From Octopus vulgaris (Eukaryota): 64,000 nucleotides of DNA. Of this stretch, positions 57,645 through 64,000 are shown in pieces. The notes under the pieces were generated by a model. That model had not been told where the DNA came from and made no database searches. It saw only the letters and a list, made by a program, of their open reading frames with translations. Position numbers and translations under genes: made by a program. The stretch covers positions 84,134,001-84,198,000 of the forward strand of contig OX597826.1 in NCBI GenBank assembly GCA_951406725.2, written 5' to 3'. The stretch's first letter is position 1, and every line of letters starts with the position of its first letter.

Positions 57645-59639
57645 ATCAGTCCCATGAAAAGGAGAGAGCAGATAAAGAAGCTTGGGTAATAGAAAATAGA
57701 AAATCAAACCCTAAAGCTTTCTTTAAGTTTGCCAAAGAGACAGCCACAGTGCACCAGAGAATAGGACCTCTCTTCCAAAAAGATGGCTCTCTCACAGGAA
57801 ATCCCACGAGGATAAGTGAAATACTGAACGAACAGTTCCAAAGTGTGTTCACTACACCTCTAGGACACAGGCAAGTAAACAACCCAGAAGAATTCTTTGC
57901 CACTTTACCAGCGGCCAAAGAGACAAAAATTGAGTACATCAACATCGAAGAAGATGATATCACACTAGCCATTGATGAGATTGACACAAACTCAGCTGCT
58001 GGACCTGATGGATTCCCAGCGATCCTTCTCAAATCGTGCAAACGAGCCCTTGCAAAACCACTACAGCTTCTTTTTCAGAGCTTTCTTGCAAGTGGTAAGC
58101 TCCCAGTCAAACTGAAAGAGGGGGTAATATGCCCTATCCATAAGGGAGGTAGCAGAGCAGATGCTAAAAATTATAGGCCTATCTCTCTGACCTCACACAT
58201 CAGCAAAGTCATGGAACGAATAGTCCATAAGAAACTAATCATGTTCCTTGAAGAAAATGACTTACTGTCTGACACCCAGCATGGATTTCGACCAGGTAGA
58301 GGCTGCCTAACACAGCTCCTGCAACACTATGACTGGGTGTTGAAACAGCTACTAAATGGCTCAAATGTGGATGTAATATATCTTGACTTTGCAAAAGCCT
58401 TTGATAAAGTCGACCATGGTATGATCTGTCACAAACTGCGTGGTCTCGGCATAGGCGGGAAACTTGGAGAGTGGCTGCACAACTTCCTAAAAGACAGAAA
58501 ACAGGCAGTTGTGAGCAATGGAGCCACCTCCAGGGAAACGCAAATAACAAGCGGTGTCCCACAGGGCACTGTCTTGGGGCCACTGATGTTCATAGTGGCC
58601 CTTTCAGACATGCCTTCAGTTGCTACGATGACCACCCTTGCTAGCTATGCAGATGACACAAAAGTCTCCCACGCAATACAAAACCCTGAAAATATTGCGC
58701 ATCTGCAACATGAGCTGGACACAATATACAGGTGGGCTGAGGACAACAACATGCAGTTTAATGCAGGTAAGTTCCAGGCCCTGCGCTACTGGCACACAAA
58801 GGTAAATGACGTGCATACTGGATACACTGGCCCAGGAAGAATTGCAATCCCTGAGTCAAAATCAGTGCGTGACCTGGGCATTGACATGAGCAATGATGCA
58901 TCTTTCCAAATGCATATTGCTAATCTGGTGATAAAATGCAGATGGCTAGCTGGATGGATTCTCCGAACTTTCAGAACAAGAGAGAAGGAGACACTGATGG
59001 TCCTATGGAAAACATTTGTCCTCAGCCGCTTGGACTACTGCTCCCAACTTTGGTCACCACACAATATAAAACAAACAGCAGAACTCGAAGCAACTCAGAG
59101 AAGCTACACAAAGAAAATCGTCTCAATGCGAAATGTCAGCTACTGGGAAAGACTGAAGGTATTAAACCTCTTCTCCCTGGAGCGGAGGCAGGAGAGATAT
59201 GCAGTGATATACATCTGGAAAATCCTGGAGGGTCTTGTCCCAAACTTTGGCATTCAAAGTTACTCCAACCGCAGAACGGGGGCTGCTGCGTGGTGCCAAG
59301 GATTCCAACATCACCATCAAAATACAGGTCCAGATACTGCAACAGCTTGGGTTTCAGAGGACCACAGCTCTTTAACATCCTCCCTAAATGCCTGAGAGAC
59401 TTACATGGTGTGGATGTGGGTTTCTTTAAAACTAAACTGGATCTCTTCTTGTTGGGAGTCCCAGATGAACCTACCTCACGACAGGAGACACGGATGCGGG
59501 CAGCAGCATCGAACTCCCTTGTTGATCAAGTGCCACGTATCAGAGGTGGATTCACAAACTAGTGTAGCTCATTCAGCGGTGGTGCCCCAGCATGGCCGCG
59601 GCCTTCGGGCTAAAACATTTTTAAGGATTTAAGGATTTA
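57645..59639 (+). mobile_element. CR1/L2-group LINE, fourth family, 5'-truncated (one frameshift near 59280)
   Basis: RT motifs open to ~59280, C-terminus in the next frame to 59562. Tail (TAAGGATT)n. Confidence 0.95.
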
Positions 59640-59699
59640 TATATATATATCTTTATGTGTATATGTATATATATATATATATGTATATATCTTTATGTG

Positions 59700-59752
<53 letters not shown>

Positions 59753-59764
59753 GTATATATAAAT

Positions 59765-60743
59765 GCTGGACCACCGCCATTATTCGAGCACATCGTGCGC
59801 AGCACTTATTCTTTCTAAGCCTAGTATTTATTCTAACTTATTCTTTTTGGCCGAACCACTAAAATACAGGGAGGAAAACATACCAGCATCGGTTGAAAAA
59901 TCTACTGTAGCCCAGGGCCGACCAAAGCCTTGTGATTGGATTTGTTAGACGGATTTGTTAGAAGATTGTCGTATATATATGTAACAGTGGCTGTGGTATG
60001 TAACTTGCTTTCAAACACACCAGCATCGGTTAAAAAATCTAACCCTAACCCTAACAAATCAGTCAATCGAAGATAATGACCAAACTGTCTACTCTTATCC
60101 ACCAGTTCCAACACGATTTAACAAAAAAGGAGACAAATTGCTTGACTAGATTTCACTGCAAAGCCAGTAACATCTGTGGACTTCCCAAAATCTACAAAAG
60201 TTAAGCCATAAACAAAACCTGTAACAAGTTAACTTCTATAGTCATAAATATTCCACACCCGAGAGATCTTCGAATGAGGCCAATTATGGCCGATCCAGGT
60301 ATGTAGATACGGGGGGCATTGGGTGCTTAACACTTGCAAATCTGACGTCGCTAAAGGTGCAATAAATTGAACTTCTTTTCATTTAGCAGTTAGTGATCTG
60401 CAAATGTGGGTATCTTGGAGATGCTTCAAGTGTTTCTTGTAGCTGTAATTGTCGCACACACACAAACGAATAAAAACACAGTCGCTCACACACACGTACA
60501 CACACAAATAAAAACATTGGTATCTCTGATTTTTACAGAAGCGAGTACTCTTAACATTTCTACAAGAGTTTACTGGCTGTCGGGGGTCCTGTTTATATTG
60601 ACTGTTGTTTTCACCAAGTCATTTATTTATTAAAAAATATATATATATATATAAACTATGAGCTATGGTTAGATGTGTGTATTTCCATTTCTGTGTGTGC
60701 GACTACGTGCTTTTATATACATGTGTGTGTGTGTGTGTGTGTG

Positions 60744-60792
<49 letters not shown>

Positions 60793-62401
60793 GTCTACAT
60801 CCCCGTAACTTAGAGGTTCAGCAAAAGAGACTGTTAGAATAAGTACTAGACCTACGAAGAATAAGTCCTGGGGTCGATATGCTCGACTGAAGGTATTGTT
60901 CCAGCATGGCCACAGTTAAATGACTGAAACAAGTAAATGAGAGTAAAAGAGTAAATAGCGACAAAAGTCTATAACCTGTTCACTAGGGAGATAGCTGAAA
61001 ATATCTCCTAATCGTCATATAATACCTTTCATGTTGTAATTTCTGTAATAGGTGTGTTCGTTTTACGACTACGAAAGATGACACGACCATGCGCACACCA
61101 ACAGAGACACATACACATCCAAGTAATCTGCTGGTACCTTTAACAAATAAACATTGACTAGCTGATCATTTACATTTCACTACACCCCACAAATATATAA
61201 AGTAATAATGTTATCTAGTACTACCCTTCGGACATAATCAAGTTTATTTTTTGCTTTAGATAGTATATATGCGTGTGTGGGTATATACATGTATTCTTTG
61301 TAAGCCTAGTATTTATTCTAACTTATTCTCTTTTGCCGAACCGCTAAAATACAGGGAGTAAGACACACCAGCATCGGTTAAAAACATCAACAACTACAGT
61401 CATACGAGGATAATGACCAAACTGTCTACTCTTATCCACCAGTTCCAACACGATTTAACAAAAAAGGAGACAAATTGCTTGACTAGATTTCACTGCAAAG
61501 CCAGTAACATCTGTGGACTTCCCAAAATCTACAAAAGTTAAGCCATAAACAAAACCTGTAACAAGTTAACTTCTATAGTCATAAATATTCCACACCCGAG
61601 AGATCTCCGAATGAGGCCAATTATGGCCGATCCAAGTATGTAGCTACAGGGAGCATTGGGTGCTTAACAATCGCAAATCTGAAGTCGCAATAAATTGAAC
61701 TTCTTTTCATTTAGCAGCTAGTGATTTGCAAATGTGGGTATCTTGGAGATGCTTAAAGTGTTTGTTGTAGCTGTAATTGTCGCACACACACAAACGAATA
61801 AAAACACAGTCGCTCACACACACGTACACACAGAGATAAAAACAATCACACAAAGAGAAACACTGAAATGAAAATACCGACACGCACAAATAAAAACAGT
61901 TCCACGTACACAAACACTGATACATGTAGGGAAGTAACTCTGGAAGATTTTGTAATTATCTCCCTTCGAGAGTTCCTTCCCTTGCCTTGTATATTTAACA
62001 ATTATTAGTATATGTGAGGGAAGTAACACTGGAAGATATTGGAGTTATCTTCCATCGTAGAGTTACTTACCTTGCATATTATAATTTAATAGCTAATAAT
62101 ATGCGAGGGGAGTAACTCTAGAAAGGAAGATAACTACAAAAATCTTCCAGATTTACTTCCCTTACATTTACTTTAAATCTTTTCCTGGTTTAGTTATTTG
62201 ACTGTGCCCATGCTGGAGCACAGCCTTTTCTAGTGCAAATCGACAATGGGACTTTTATCAACTTCAGTCTAGTATTTATTCTGTTGGTCTTCTTTTCCCG
62301 AAGGGATAAGTTAATGGAGTGTAAACATCACCGGCATCGGTTTTGGGGACATCGAAAAATACACACATATACATATAAATATCTATATGTATATACATGT
62401 T

Positions 62402-62442
<41 letters not shown>

Positions 62443-62457
62443 CTATGTCTCTCTCTC

Positions 62458-62503
<46 letters not shown>

Positions 62504-63130
62504 AATCTATCTTCTTCGAGCACATCGTCAGCAGCACTTATTCTTTTCTGCCGAGCCGCTGAAATACAGGGAGTAAAACACACCTGTATCGGTTACAGTC
62601 GTTCGAAGGTAATGGCCAAACTGTCTACTCTTATCCACCAGTTCCAACACGATTTAACCAAAAATGAGACAAATTGCTTGACTAGATTTCACTGCAAAGC
62701 CAGTAACATCTATGAACTTCCCAAAATCTAAATAAGTTAAGCCATAAACAAAACCTGTAACAAGTTAACTTCTATAGTTATAAATATTCCACACCCGAGA
62801 GGTCTCCGAATGAGGCCAATTATGGCCGATCCAGGTATGTAGATACGGGGTGCTTAACACTCGCAAATCTGAAGTCGCTAAAGGTGCAATGAATTGAACT
62901 TCTTTTCATTTAGAACTTAGGGATCTGCAAATGTGGGTATCTTAGAGATGCTTAAAGTGTTTCTTGTAGCTGTAATTGTCGCACACACACAAACGAATAA
63001 AAACACAGTCGCTCACGTACACACAGAAATAAAAACATTCACACAAACACAAACACTGAAATGAAAATACCAACACACACAAACATATAAAAACAGTCCC
63101 ACGCACACAAACACTGAAAAAAAAATTCTC
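59765..63130 (+). repeat. Three copies of a composite unit: antisense SINE remnant + Penelope RT fragment + CA-rich segment
   Basis: RT-like peptide SNI.GLPKIYKS......P.DLRMRPIMADP at ~60075-60300, ~61412-61635 and ~62612-62835. Flanking blocks repeat colinearly. Confidence 0.85.
61925..62166. repeat. MITE-like inverted repeat built from GGGAAGTAACTCT / AGAGTTACTTCCC motifs
   Basis: TGTAGGGAAGTAACTCTGGAAGATTTTGTA.TTATCT pairs with AGATAACTACAAAAATCTTCCAGATTTACTTCCCTTACA, with internal copies of the motif. Confidence 0.7.
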
Positions 63131-64000
63131 ACAAAAACACTCACATACGCACAAATGAAAATACACAGCTACATATTCAAACACTCAAACACGCGGACAA
63201 ACACAGAAATGAAGACAGTTACATACCTACACATGCACAAACACAGACACACACAAATAGAAATGAAAAATACAGTTACACATCCAAACTCTCACACACT
63301 CACATACGCACAAACACACACTAACACACACAAATATACGCACCCACACACAGAAATGAAAACGCAGTTACACACTCACACATAAAACCCTAACCCTAAA
63401 TAGCACAAACATACAATTTATTCAGAATGTAAAGGGGCGTTGGGTGCATTGAACTCGCAGTTAGAATATCAGCCCCCTCCACGCCAGTATGAGAATTTCT
63501 TTTATCCACTTGTGAAATTAATACACTATCGACACATGGGAAAAATATGAGCAACATCTCAAGTCACTAAAGGTGCAATAAATTGAACTTGTTTTGATTT
63601 AGTACTTAGTGATCTCAAATGTGGGTATCTTAGAAATGGTCAAAGTGCTTGTTGCATTTCTGTCGCACACACACAAACAAATAGAAACACTCAGTCGCTC
63701 ACACACTCGCGCACACAGAAATAAAAACACTCTCTCACACACACACAAACACTGAAATGAAAATACCGGCACTCACTTAAATAAAAACAGTCCCACACAT
63801 GCAAGGAGCCCCAATAGGTATATCAAAAAAGTTTCTAGTATCTTTCTTAGCCCATAATTTATGATAATTGAAGTTCTTACAATAAATAAATACCTACTAA
63901 TTCAGTACATCGAACATTACGTCCCCGTAACTTATCGGATCTGCAAAAGAGACCTATACGTTAAGTAATAGGCATACAAAGAATAATTCCTGTGGTTGAT

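Noticed and set aside
57401-59395. 664-aa ORF read as a novel microsatellite-RT fusion protein (likewise 54365-55810)
   Set aside because: A 5'-truncated LINE ORF2 that happens to be in frame with a stop-free TA tract.

Overview
Eukaryotic, very repeat-rich genomic DNA, probably from an octopus. That host is inferred from the single-exon tandem C2H2 gene, the tRNA-headed SINE families, the RTE/CR1/Dong/Penelope mix and the kilobase (TA)n tracts; it is not proven. Only one convincing host gene is present: a 15-finger C2H2 zinc-finger gene on the minus strand (10253-11617). The rest is mobile DNA, often nested: a Gypsy remnant, a solo LTR, four CR1/L2-group LINE copies sitting in (TA)n tracts plus an older one, RTE, Dong/R4, CRE and Penelope remnants, Helitrons, Merlin, Tc1 and hAT remnants, and three SINE families. 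Highlights are (1) a 4.47-kb non-coding palindrome-within-palindrome foldback element with GG..CC ends and a perfect 8-bp TSD, whose empty site is visible elsewhere in the window; (2) a covarying 3' double hairpin shared by four divergent LINEs and the main SINE family, identifying a SINE/LINE partner pair; (3) Penelope-type hammerhead ribozyme motifs, one with an intact core; (4) apparent (TA)n targeting by the CR1-like LINEs. Coordinates were read by eye, and the edges of decayed elements are approximate.
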